A stretch of DNA of 64,000 bases, from positions 1 through 64,000 of IMG/VR virus record IMGVR_UViG_3300033153_004214. One strand, written 5' to 3'. This DNA comes from a virus. Both the position numbers and the translations under genes were made by a program. The notes below the pieces were generated by a model that saw only the letters and a program-made list of their open reading frames with translations, made no database searches and was not told where the DNA came from. Below, one piece after another: positions 41,768 to 50,628 of this stretch (its first letter is position 1; every line of letters begins with the position of its first letter).

Positions 41768-44527
41768 ATGCCTTATTGTATGGATTATGGGTGCCCCCTA
41801 TCGGGGAAGCCCGGGATCAAGTCGCCGGGCCTCGATCCTGCAGGCTCGGCCAATCCTCTTATTTATCTCGTAGCATCAGCACCCGGCTTCCAAGAAGACC
41901 AAATGGGTGTACCCTTCTGCGGTGAGTCCGGGCAACAAACCATAGCGGCATTCAAGCAGCGGATTGCTGTAGAACATCTTCGGGTGAACTATGTTGTGCG
42001 CTGTGCTCCTTACAAGGAGAAGAGCCAGCGCATCGAGAAGCCATCCAAGAAAGCGATCTTCGCCTGCTGCCCGAGCCTGCTTGCTGACATTGAAGCAACC
42101 AAACCAAAGATCGTTATAGCCATAGGTGATGTTGCCAAGGCGGCACTATTCCATTCGACCGTGGCCCTGTCACTCATGCGAGGGTCACCAAGGGAACTAC
42201 AAGCCGGGAGCTACACAGTTCCTGCGATGGCGATCTATGACTATGCGTACCTTCGGCAGCGGGACTGGCCCCGAGATGTAGTGCTTCAGTGGGTTGGTGA
42301 TATCACCCGGGCTGTCAACATCGCTACTGGTTCGGAACAGATGCAGGTGCATGAGAAGGATTATCGAATACTTTCCAGTCTCGCGGAGATCAGGGACTAC
42401 ATGGCCTTCCTGCAGGACGGTGTTGACCGGGGCATGTTCCCGTATATCGTGACAGACATCGAGTCGAGTGGCCTGAATCCGTGGGACCCGAAGACTGAGC
42501 TACTCCTGCTCGGCATCACGCATGCGCCGCATCAATCAGTTATCGTTCCGGTCGATCACTTTGAGTCTCCGTTGCGAGGACAACGGAAGGAAATTGGTGA
42601 TCTACTACGACCTCTGGGTGCAATGCCCCTTGCCAACCAGAATATGAAGTTCGACTATCAGTGGTACCGCCATGAGCTTGACATCATGATGATCAACATT
42701 GTCTTCGACACATACTTCGCCCACCATGCCCTGTTCCAGAGCACCCGCGCTAATGACATTGAGTCTATCGGTGCCATGTACTTGAATGAGCCTGCGTGGG
42801 AATATCGAGTCAAGGAGTCTGTTGAACGTATCCGGTCGCAGATCAAGATGGCAGTTTCAGCATGGAAGAAACGATACAAGGCTGAGTACAAAAAGGGTCA
42901 AGTCGATCCTGAGACCCAGAGAGCATTAGACCTTTGGACAGCGTGGCAGGTCGCTTCTAAACAAGGCAAGGGCTACGGGGTTGTTCCAATAGGTGACCTA
43001 GCCCACTATTGTTGCATCGACTGTGATGTGACCTACCGGGCGGTTCCTGTTCTCCAGAAGATGCTTCAGGAAGCAAATCTCCTTGATATGTTCCAGCGTA
43101 TGTTCATGACGAATATGGTTCCTTGGTGTGATATCCAGTATGAGGGTATCGCTATCGATGGTAACGCGGTGGCGGCGCACAACGAAGCGTTCCCTCAGAA
43201 GCTTGAGGGGATTAAGCATGACTTTAATAAGCTGACCTTTGTTCAAGCGACGGCTGAGTTGATCGGCAAGCCCGATGTCAACATGAACTCACCTAAGCAG
43301 GTGTCCACTCTGATGTATGATGTGATGAAGTGTGCGCCACCAAAGGACAAGAGAAAGAATGCGAGGACGACAGACAATGAGCATCTCAAGATGTTGGAGG
43401 GTGCTGCGAAGCGAAAGGATACCAAGCAATCGAGAGAAGTTGCGAAGGTCCTTTCAACGATCATGGACTTCAGGACCCAGAGCAAGGTTTTCTCCAGCTA
43501 CGTTATGGGCATGGTGAAGTTTGCTGTTGATGGTCGTATCAACCCGAACTGGAATATTGCTGGAACAGACACAGGGAGGGCCTCAGCAAAAGAACCACCG
43601 ATCCACTCACAACCTAAAGACCTTCGGGACATCGTTACCTCCCGGTACGCTGATATTGGCGGCGTCATTTTTTACATGGACCAGTCGCAGGTTGAGGTCA
43701 GGGTCTTTGCGTCAGTGGCCAACGACCCTTTCTTGATCGAGACATACAATACCCCGGGTGCGGATGTCCACCGCATGTTGGCATCTATGCTCTTCTCGAA
43801 ACCGCCAGAGCAGGTAACCGACGTGGAACGTCAGATTGCGAAGACCTGTGTGTTTGCTTCGCTGTATGGGGGCGGTCCTTCAAGGATCGCTGGGCAGACA
43901 GGTATGGCTCTAGACGAAGCCAAGGTTGTTCACGCTCGGTTCACATCGATTATTACTCTGAATCAGTTCAAGGACAGGCTTTGGAGTGAACTACTCCGGT
44001 GCGGCTACGTTACGACCGCGTTTGGTCGTATTCGTATCATTCCGATCCCTGCGAGTGAACAGAAGCAGTATCACGCTCGGAATCAATCGATTAATACACC
44101 GATCCAGTCAGCAGCGAGTGACATTACATTGGAATCGATCACTCGTTTGTGGTATCGGATGAAGTATGCTGGCATGCAGTCGAAGATTATCATTTGGCAT
44201 CACGACGCTATCGTTTGGGATGTCTACCCCGGTGAGCTTCCCACCATTCTTGAAATGGCTCAGGTAGCGATGGTCACCGAGCCAATGCAGATGTACGACT
44301 GGCTCCGGGTTCCTCTTAAGATCGAAGGTGGTTTCGGTGTCAACTGGCGTGACGATCTTGAGGTTACAGAGCGTAACGGTACTCAGGTCAGTGTTGATGG
44401 CAAGCGGAAGAACTATGAGAAGCTTGTCGCCTCTCCGTTTGCTCGGTTGAATCCTTCAGTGATCACTGAGGAGTATGAGAAGAATGGTACTCCTATGGTC
44501 AAGGCTGTTTTCAATCTAGCTTCCTAG
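41768..44527 (+). CDS. Family A DNA polymerase with 3'-5' exonuclease domain and an N-terminal family-4 UDG-like domain
   Basis: The UDG-like motif is LVASAPGFQEDQMGVPFCGESGQ. The exonuclease motif is IVTDIESSGL. The polymerase motifs are MDQSQVEVRVFA, RQIAKTCVFASLYGG and IIWHHDAIVWDV. Confidence 0.85.
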   Translation: MPYCMDYGCPLSGKPGIKSPGLDPAGSANPLIYLVASAPGFQEDQMGVPFCGESGQQTIAAFKQRIAVEHLRVNYVVRCAPYKEKSQRIEKPSKKAIFACCPSLLADIEATKPKIVIAIGDVAKAALFHSTVALSLMRGSPRELQAGSYTVPAMAIYDYAYLRQRDWPRDVVLQWVGDITRAVNIATGSEQMQVHEKDYRILSSLAEIRDYMAFLQDGVDRGMFPYIVTDIESSGLNPWDPKTELLLLGITHAPHQSVIVPVDHFESPLRGQRKEIGDLLRPLGAMPLANQNMKFDYQWYRHELDIMMINIVFDTYFAHHALFQSTRANDIESIGAMYLNEPAWEYRVKESVERIRSQIKMAVSAWKKRYKAEYKKGQVDPETQRALDLWTAWQVASKQGKGYGVVPIGDLAHYCCIDCDVTYRAVPVLQKMLQEANLLDMFQRMFMTNMVPWCDIQYEGIAIDGNAVAAHNEAFPQKLEGIKHDFNKLTFVQATAELIGKPDVNMNSPKQVSTLMYDVMKCAPPKDKRKNARTTDNEHLKMLEGAAKRKDTKQSREVAKVLSTIMDFRTQSKVFSSYVMGMVKFAVDGRINPNWNIAGTDTGRASAKEPPIHSQPKDLRDIVTSRYADIGGVIFYMDQSQVEVRVFASVANDPFLIETYNTPGADVHRMLASMLFSKPPEQVTDVERQIAKTCVFASLYGGGPSRIAGQTGMALDEAKVVHARFTSIITLNQFKDRLWSELLRCGYVTTAFGRIRIIPIPASEQKQYHARNQSINTPIQSAASDITLESITRLWYRMKYAGMQSKIIIWHHDAIVWDVYPGELPTILEMAQVAMVTEPMQMYDWLRVPLKIEGGFGVNWRDDLEVTERNGTQVSVDGKRKNYEKLVASPFARLNPSVITEEYEKNGTPMVKAVFNLAS

Positions 44528-44542
44528 CGAAAGGGGGACGGT

Positions 44543-45301
44543 ATGTCAGGGAAGAAGGCCAAGAAGAAAGCGAAGAAGAAGACAGCAAAGAAGGATGCGG
44601 CACCGCCTGCGCCTCCACCACCACCGCCGCCGGTTCCGATGCCTCCGGGCATGGCACCACCAGCGGCAGCAACTCCGGTGGTTCCTCAGGCCCCGGCAGC
44701 ACCCGCCGCATCAGCGGCCCCGGTAGCACCTGAAGTTCCGACGGCACCACCTGCGCCTGTTGCACCACAGGCTCCGGCTCAGGTTTCGCAAACGTCTGTT
44801 CAGGTCGCGCAAGGTCCAAAGGTTCCGTCGCTGACGATGTTCAGGAACTATATTTACAGGCTTACGGGAGCAGACGAGTCTCCTTGCCACGTTTTCACTA
44901 GGTCACAGGGCGAAGAGATCATCCAGACAGTCGCTTACATTGAGGCTGCTTCAGCGGAGGAACTGGTTACCCAGTACCCTCGGCTCATGGCGCTTCTCGG
45001 CTTCTGGAAGAACCATGCCAAGGCGCAGGAGCGTAATACTGAGAAGACTCTCAGGATCACTGAGGCCAAGGCTGATGGTGAAGTCCGCGCTGAGTTGGCC
45101 GCAGAAGGTGGCAAGACTACCGAAGCCATGGTCACTGCGCGTAAGCTTCAACGTGACGATGTGCAGGAGGCTCGAAACGTGCGTGACGAAGCTACCACCA
45201 TGGTCTACCAGTTCGAGGCCCTGATGAAGGCCCTGAACACAGACATGCTGGTGCAGGCGAGCCTCTGGACGAGACCGGATAAGGCCCCGCAGACTTACTG
45301 A
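44543..45301 (+). CDS. Lys-rich / Pro-Ala-rich protein with a helical C-terminal domain; possible UvsY-like recombination mediator
   Basis: Begins MSGKKAKKKAKKKTAKK, followed by PAPPPPPPPVP...APVAPQAP. The C-terminal ~150 aa are helical. The position upstream of the gp32-like and RecA-like genes suggests a mediator role, but the similarity call is from memory only. Confidence 0.3.
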   Translation: MSGKKAKKKAKKKTAKKDAAPPAPPPPPPPVPMPPGMAPPAAATPVVPQAPAAPAASAAPVAPEVPTAPPAPVAPQAPAQVSQTSVQVAQGPKVPSLTMFRNYIYRLTGADESPCHVFTRSQGEEIIQTVAYIEAASAEELVTQYPRLMALLGFWKNHAKAQERNTEKTLRITEAKADGEVRAELAAEGGKTTEAMVTARKLQRDDVQEARNVRDEATTMVYQFEALMKALNTDMLVQASLWTRPDKAPQTY

Positions 45302-45357
45302 GCATAGTGCTCGTGATCTGACTGGGCGGGTAGCGACGTAAGAGAAGGAGAGATTCG

Positions 45358-47397
45358 ATGAATGGTCAGATGCCCGGGATGTCTCCGGGGCCGGACGTAC
45401 CGGTCCCGGGAGTCCCAGCAGGCCACCCAATGCCTGCAAGCGCACCCGTTGGCGTTCCTCCGGCAGGCGCGGTGGTGCCTCCGATGACGGCACCACCCAC
45501 GACGCCACCGGGCGTACCACCTGCTGCTGCTTACGGTGCGCCTGTTCTGCCTGATGCTTCTGCAGCACCTGCAGCGCCAGCAGTGCCTGCAGCGCCAGCG
45601 ATCCCTATGATGCCAGTGCCCGGCCCGACGATGGGGGCAACTGCGCCTGCTGCGCCCGGTGAGACACAGCAGTCCAAGACCACGGTTCAGTGGTCGGGTG
45701 CTGGTATCAACATGGATGACCTCGCGGCGATGGCGGATGCGGTGACGCAGGGGGTTGGCGAATTCCAGATGAAGGGATTCGAGTCGGACTTCCTGAAGAT
45801 CGTTAAGGGCGATCACATCATTCGCATCTGCCCACCGTACAATGGGCGCGATTGGTCGAAGTTTGGCGCTACTCACTATAACATCGGTGGGCAGCACAAG
45901 GGCTTCTCGCCGTGCTACGAGAAGACCTACGTTGACGCGGGTTTCAAGTGTCCGATCTGCACCGTCGTCAACTGGCTGATGAACTACACCACCGACGTGA
46001 AGGACATGCAGGCGGCGAGCCATCGCTACGTCAACGCTATCGCATACGAAGCATTCGATCAGGCCACTGCTTCGTATATCCCCAAGCGTATCAAACCGTT
46101 CATCGTGCGGCTGGCGATCAAGTCGGCGTTCTCGCAGTTGATCCAGTTCATGATGCTGCAGAGGGCGTCGGGGGTGGACATTACTGATCCGCGCACCGGC
46201 TGGTTCCTGAACCTCAATAGGCCCGAGAGCTTTCAGGGGAAATCAACGTATACGCTGTCTCCCCTGATGCAAGGCCCGGCATTTGGGAACGCGCAAGCAC
46301 CTGATGAGGCGAGCATCCAGCAGGCGATGAGTCAGTTGAACGACATCGACAGGATCGTCTGCGCGGTGCCCACGGTCGAGAAGCTCCAGAAGCAGTTGGA
46401 ACTTGCTCAATCTAGCCTCAAGACGTACATGGCCATGATGGGAACGCCTGAGAACTACGCTCCCTCGCTGGAGCTTGTGGTTCCTCCCATTGTCCATCAG
46501 GTCCATGGTGGTGCTGGTGCGGCGGTCACGGTCCCCGCTGGCGTTCCTGCAGCGGCTCCTGTGACGCCGCCTCCTCAGGCGAACGCGATGGCCCCGGTGA
46601 CGGCACCTCCCACGGCTGCGCCTGTTGGGACTGCCCCGGTGCTTCCTCCGCCTGCTCCAGTTGCACCGACACCTCCGGTAGCACCGCCTGTGGCTGCGTC
46701 TGTTGCCCCGCCTGCGGTGGCAGCAGCTTACCCGGCCCCGGTAGCCGCGCCAGCCCTTCCTGCGGCTCCTGCGGCTCCTACGGGACCGGCTACGCCGCCT
46801 GTACCTCAGGCAGCGACTGTTGCTCTCCCGGGCGCTGATGCGGTGGCCCCACCTCCGCCTCCTCCGGCTCCGGGCGCTGATGCGGTGGCCCCACCTCCGG
46901 CAGCAGGTGCGCCTCCAGTAGCTCCTGCTGCAGCGACAGTCTTCCCCGGTGGCGCGAGTATCGCTCCTCCGGGTGCGGTGGTTCCGGCTGGGAGTGCCCC
47001 CGGCCCAAAAGCACCTGAGTCCTCAGAGTCTGCCCCGGCGGCTCCCGCAGCGTCGGCTGAGGGCAGGGTAGTGTGCAGACTGTGTGGTAAGGACTACAAG
47101 AACGAACGGGGACTCAAGACGCATCACAACAAGATGCACGAGGGTGTTGCCTTTGAGGGTCCAGCGGCTCCGGCTGTTCCGCAGGCTCCTGAAGTACCCG
47201 TTGTTTCTGCAGACCCTGCTCCGGCACCGGCTCCGAGTCCAATGCCAGGTGGCGGAGAGCAGCCGTATCCAATGCCTGCCCAGTCTGTCGATAGTCTCGA
47301 CGGCATGCCCTGTCGGGGGAACTACAATTCGGCAAGTTACGGATGCACGGCTTGTTCGGTCAGGGCTGCTTGTCAGCAACTTCAGAGGGGTGGCTGA
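45358..47397 (+). CDS. gp32-like ssDNA-binding protein with long Pro/Ala-rich extensions and a C-terminal C2H2 zinc finger
   Basis: The core FLKIVKGDHIIRICPPYNG..HYNIGGQHKGFSPCYEKTYVDAGFKCPICT resembles the T4 gp32 OB fold and zinc site. The C2H2 finger CRLCGKDYKNERGLKTHHNKMH lies at 47074-47139. Confidence 0.55.
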   Translation: MNGQMPGMSPGPDVPVPGVPAGHPMPASAPVGVPPAGAVVPPMTAPPTTPPGVPPAAAYGAPVLPDASAAPAAPAVPAAPAIPMMPVPGPTMGATAPAAPGETQQSKTTVQWSGAGINMDDLAAMADAVTQGVGEFQMKGFESDFLKIVKGDHIIRICPPYNGRDWSKFGATHYNIGGQHKGFSPCYEKTYVDAGFKCPICTVVNWLMNYTTDVKDMQAASHRYVNAIAYEAFDQATASYIPKRIKPFIVRLAIKSAFSQLIQFMMLQRASGVDITDPRTGWFLNLNRPESFQGKSTYTLSPLMQGPAFGNAQAPDEASIQQAMSQLNDIDRIVCAVPTVEKLQKQLELAQSSLKTYMAMMGTPENYAPSLELVVPPIVHQVHGGAGAAVTVPAGVPAAAPVTPPPQANAMAPVTAPPTAAPVGTAPVLPPPAPVAPTPPVAPPVAASVAPPAVAAAYPAPVAAPALPAAPAAPTGPATPPVPQAATVALPGADAVAPPPPPPAPGADAVAPPPAAGAPPVAPAAATVFPGGASIAPPGAVVPAGSAPGPKAPESSESAPAAPAASAEGRVVCRLCGKDYKNERGLKTHHNKMHEGVAFEGPAAPAVPQAPEVPVVSADPAPAPAPSPMPGGGEQPYPMPAQSVDSLDGMPCRGNYNSASYGCTACSVRAACQQLQRGG

Positions 47398-47399
47398 TC

Positions 47400-48656
47400 A
47401 TGGCGAAGAAGAAAGCCAAGAAGAAAGCCAAGACAGCCTCCAAGCAGGATGAGCCGAAGGTGGACTCCCCAGCCAGTGAACCGGCTGGGGAGTCTGCCGC
47501 CGCTCCCAAGAAGTCAGCGAAGAAGGCCAAGAAGAAAAAGGTCAAGGTTGCAAAGAAGAAGAAGAAGAAAAAGAAGGGGAAGAGCCGCGAGAACCTTCCG
47601 ATGTCCAAGGTCCAGATGGGGGAGGAGGCCAAGGCTGTCACCAAGACTGAGATTGCAGCATTAGCCCAGAGTATTGGTGCAGTCTGTGATCCTGCGAAGC
47701 TTCTTGCCCCTGTGAAGTTTGTTCTTCCGACAGGGTGCTCGGCTCTCGATGCTGCTCTTGGTGGTGGTTGGTACAGCGGTCGCATGCACGAGATCATTGG
47801 GGAGTACTCGACGGGTAAGAGTACTCTCGTGGAACATGGTCTTGCAAGTTGTCAGGCTCTTGGTGGCATTGCGATGTTCATTAGTTCCGAAGCCACCATT
47901 GACCTCGACCGCATGCAACGTCTGGGCTGCGATGTCAACAGCATCATCTGGGAAGAGACGCAGTCGCTTGAGGTGGGCTTCGAGAAGTTGGAGCGGTTCC
48001 TTCGTGAAGCTCCTGCCAATCGTCTTCTTCTCATTGGGTGGGACACGATAGCGGCGTGCGCGTCGGATGACACCCGGCCCGGTTCTGCTTCTCGTGTCGT
48101 TCGGGAAGCGTGCAGGTGGCTTCCCAATCTGCTTGCGGCACGCAGCGCCATTCTGCTCTTTGCGAACCAGACCGCAGTGACTTTCGACATGTTCTCAACG
48201 GAGCCTGCCAATCCGCATGGTGCTGGCATACGTTTTCATTGCACGGCTCGCATCATGCTTCGGGGTAAGAAGAGGGTTGACGAGAACTGCCTTCCTTTGC
48301 CTGAGGGCGGCAAGGTTTCACCGAGCGGGACGTTGCCGAAGGCTGACGTGATCAAGAACAAGAAGTTCCCGCCGTTCAGACGTTGTTACCTGCCGATCAA
48401 CTTTGCCAACGGCATCGACGATGACATGTCGCTCTGGTACTGGTTTGAGAAGTCACCTGTGATCAAGAAGGCAGGTGGCTGGAACTACATCTGCTACGAC
48501 TACAAAGAACAGTCGCCAACCCAGTACAGCAATGCTTTCCAAGTCAGCAACTGGAGGCAATTGCTGCAGGAAACCAAGGGGCTACGAGCGTGGTTGAAGA
48601 GCGAAGCTATACAGATGGCACGGCTGGGGTTCGATCCAACAAAGTTGCGGTCGTAG
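47400..48656 (+). CDS. RecA/UvsX-like recombinase with a Lys-rich N-terminal extension
   Basis: Begins MAKKKAKKKAK...KKAKKKKVKVAKKKKKKKKGK. The core has LPTGCSALDAALGGGWYSGRMHEIIGEYSTGKSTL (Walker A). Confidence 0.8.
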   Translation: MAKKKAKKKAKTASKQDEPKVDSPASEPAGESAAAPKKSAKKAKKKKVKVAKKKKKKKKGKSRENLPMSKVQMGEEAKAVTKTEIAALAQSIGAVCDPAKLLAPVKFVLPTGCSALDAALGGGWYSGRMHEIIGEYSTGKSTLVEHGLASCQALGGIAMFISSEATIDLDRMQRLGCDVNSIIWEETQSLEVGFEKLERFLREAPANRLLLIGWDTIAACASDDTRPGSASRVVREACRWLPNLLAARSAILLFANQTAVTFDMFSTEPANPHGAGIRFHCTARIMLRGKKRVDENCLPLPEGGKVSPSGTLPKADVIKNKKFPPFRRCYLPINFANGIDDDMSLWYWFEKSPVIKKAGGWNYICYDYKEQSPTQYSNAFQVSNWRQLLQETKGLRAWLKSEAIQMARLGFDPTKLRS

Positions 48657-49564
48657 ATGGATCGTACATGCTGCACAGAGCACTCCGTATGCGTGAGGCC
48701 ATGTCCTTCACTGAGGACGGCCAGCTTACGGGTGGTCTGTTCCTATGCCTACGCTCTCTGGTTTCGGTGGCGAAGCACGTCCACCCGGTTCGAGTATTCT
48801 GGGTCTTTGACAAGGGTCGGCATCCTCTTCGGATGCAGATGCACCCTGAGTACAAGGAGCGAACCTACGACATGGATGAAAAGCGGGAGGAGGAAGAGCA
48901 CTACCGAGAGGTCTTTGGCGGGCAGCGAGACCTCTTGGTAGACTTCCTCACCCAGTTCGGCGTTCATGTTATCGTTGGGCCTCATGAAGCTGATGATACG
49001 ATCTGGCACATCCGTGAGATGGCCGCTGCCTGCGGTATGGATGTCGTTATCTGTTCGGATGATCATGACTTTGTTCAGATGGTCAATTCTACGACGACGA
49101 TTTACTCTCCTCATCATGTAAGGGAGTACACACTCGAAGACATCAAAGACCTCTCGATGTGGTCGCCGCATGAGCTAGTGTTCGCCAAAGGTATCCTTGG
49201 TGACAAGAGTGACAACATCCCGTCTGCTTGCAAAGGTCTTGGTAAGGTTGGTCTCAGGAAGCTGTTCGACAAGATGGGACCAATGACGATTGCCGAAGCT
49301 GTGACTCAGTCTGAAGGAATGGGCAAGAAGTATCTGAAGCTCAAAGACCCTACAACACAGGGTGAGATCATCAGGAACATTCAACTCACGATGTTGGGTT
49401 TCATTCGGTTTACCCCAGAGGAGCAGGCGTGGTTGGAGTCTATCTGGAATACAAGGCGTGGTTTCGACATGTACCGGGCGCTGGCTGCAATTCAGCAGTA
49501 CGGCTTCAAGTCATTTGCGGAATCAGTTGGTAGTTGGTGCCGCTACTTTGAGGGGATTTACTGA
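48590..49564 (+). CDS. 5'-3' exonuclease / flap endonuclease (PIN + H3TH)
   Basis: Contains VAVVDGSYMLHRAL, FDKGRHPLRMQMHPEYKE, GPHEADDTIWHI, SDDHDFVQMV and GILGDKSDNIPSACKGLGKVG. Confidence 0.8.
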   Translation: MVEERSYTDGTAGVRSNKVAVVDGSYMLHRALRMREAMSFTEDGQLTGGLFLCLRSLVSVAKHVHPVRVFWVFDKGRHPLRMQMHPEYKERTYDMDEKREEEEHYREVFGGQRDLLVDFLTQFGVHVIVGPHEADDTIWHIREMAAACGMDVVICSDDHDFVQMVNSTTTIYSPHHVREYTLEDIKDLSMWSPHELVFAKGILGDKSDNIPSACKGLGKVGLRKLFDKMGPMTIAEAVTQSEGMGKKYLKLKDPTTQGEIIRNIQLTMLGFIRFTPEEQAWLESIWNTRRGFDMYRALAAIQQYGFKSFAESVGSWCRYFEGIY

Positions 49565-50628
49565 TGAAAGAGGTCATCTTCTCCGATCTGCATATTCCAC
49601 CGACAGTGTCTAAGGATGACACGATCATGGAGTCGGCTCAATGGGTCTACAACCTTGTAGTGGAGACAGGTGCCAAGGTGGTTGTCTATCTTGGCGATCT
49701 CTATCACAACCCATCGAAGTCGCTCCTCCCTGCGAATTTGCGGGCACGCTATGTTCTTGATCTCTTCAAGGCGCTGGCTGGGTACGGGGTGACTGTGATA
49801 TGGATGCTAGGCAATCATGACCTCTTCTCTGATGAGTACAATGCACTGCAGCTTTTTGATGCACCAGTTCCCAATTTCCATATCGTTACTCAGAACACAG
49901 ACTTTCTGATTGATGGCGTGACTCATGTTTGTTTGCCTTATACCATTGAGTACGATAAGAAGCGAGATGGTCTTGATACTCGCTACCTGACGAAGATGCG
50001 GACGAAGGCACCGGGGTTTGCTGCTGTCTTTGCGCATCTTCCTATTGAAGGTATCACGCTTGGCGGCTCCCGAGATCACGGGGTGGTACCCCGTGATCTT
50101 GCTATTTTCGACATCATTTTCGAGGGGCACTACCACCAGCCCACCATGTTTGAGCACGAGGGGCTGGGGTTGCGATCACCCTTCTGGCTCGCCGGGACAC
50201 TTTGTCCTCAGGATTTCAAAGATAAGGGCTTCTGGCATGGAGCACTCGTGTGGGATACCGACTCAAACGAGGTCACCCCGGTGCCAAACCCCCACAGGCA
50301 TGTCTACCTTATTGGTTCATCAGAAGAAGTCAGTGCCGAAGCCAACGCCCCCGGGATCGGATGGACAGAGGACCTCGTCAAGCGGTCGCACATTCGATTC
50401 ACTGAGGAGGTCGGGGAAGTCGAGGTCAACGAGTGGCACGACCGTTACGCTAACGTCGAGGTGCGTCCTCGCAAGGAGGCCCGGCAGGCATCGGATCGAG
50501 CACCGTTTGCTCTCGAAGGCGACCCCCGACAAGACCTCGTGCGATGGATAGATGAAGCCGGGTTGGGTGCGGAGAAGGAGATGTTGTTGGCTCGTGGTGG
50601 CCCGCTGTTGGAGGGACGCAAGGTATGA
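49564..50628 (+). CDS. Mre11/SbcD-like (gp47-like) metallophosphoesterase nuclease
   Basis: Contains IFSDLHIPP, VVYLGDLYHN, MLGNHD, VFAHLPIEG and FEGHYHQP. Confidence 0.8.
   Translation: MKEVIFSDLHIPPTVSKDDTIMESAQWVYNLVVETGAKVVVYLGDLYHNPSKSLLPANLRARYVLDLFKALAGYGVTVIWMLGNHDLFSDEYNALQLFDAPVPNFHIVTQNTDFLIDGVTHVCLPYTIEYDKKRDGLDTRYLTKMRTKAPGFAAVFAHLPIEGITLGGSRDHGVVPRDLAIFDIIFEGHYHQPTMFEHEGLGLRSPFWLAGTLCPQDFKDKGFWHGALVWDTDSNEVTPVPNPHRHVYLIGSSEEVSAEANAPGIGWTEDLVKRSHIRFTEEVGEVEVNEWHDRYANVEVRPRKEARQASDRAPFALEGDPRQDLVRWIDEAGLGAEKEMLLARGGPLLEGRKV

Noticed and set aside
47551-47580. AAG/AAA poly-lysine run in the RecA-like gene as a programmed frameshift site.
   Set aside because: Neither alternative frame has a protein-like continuation downstream, and the zero frame continues directly into a canonical RecA core.
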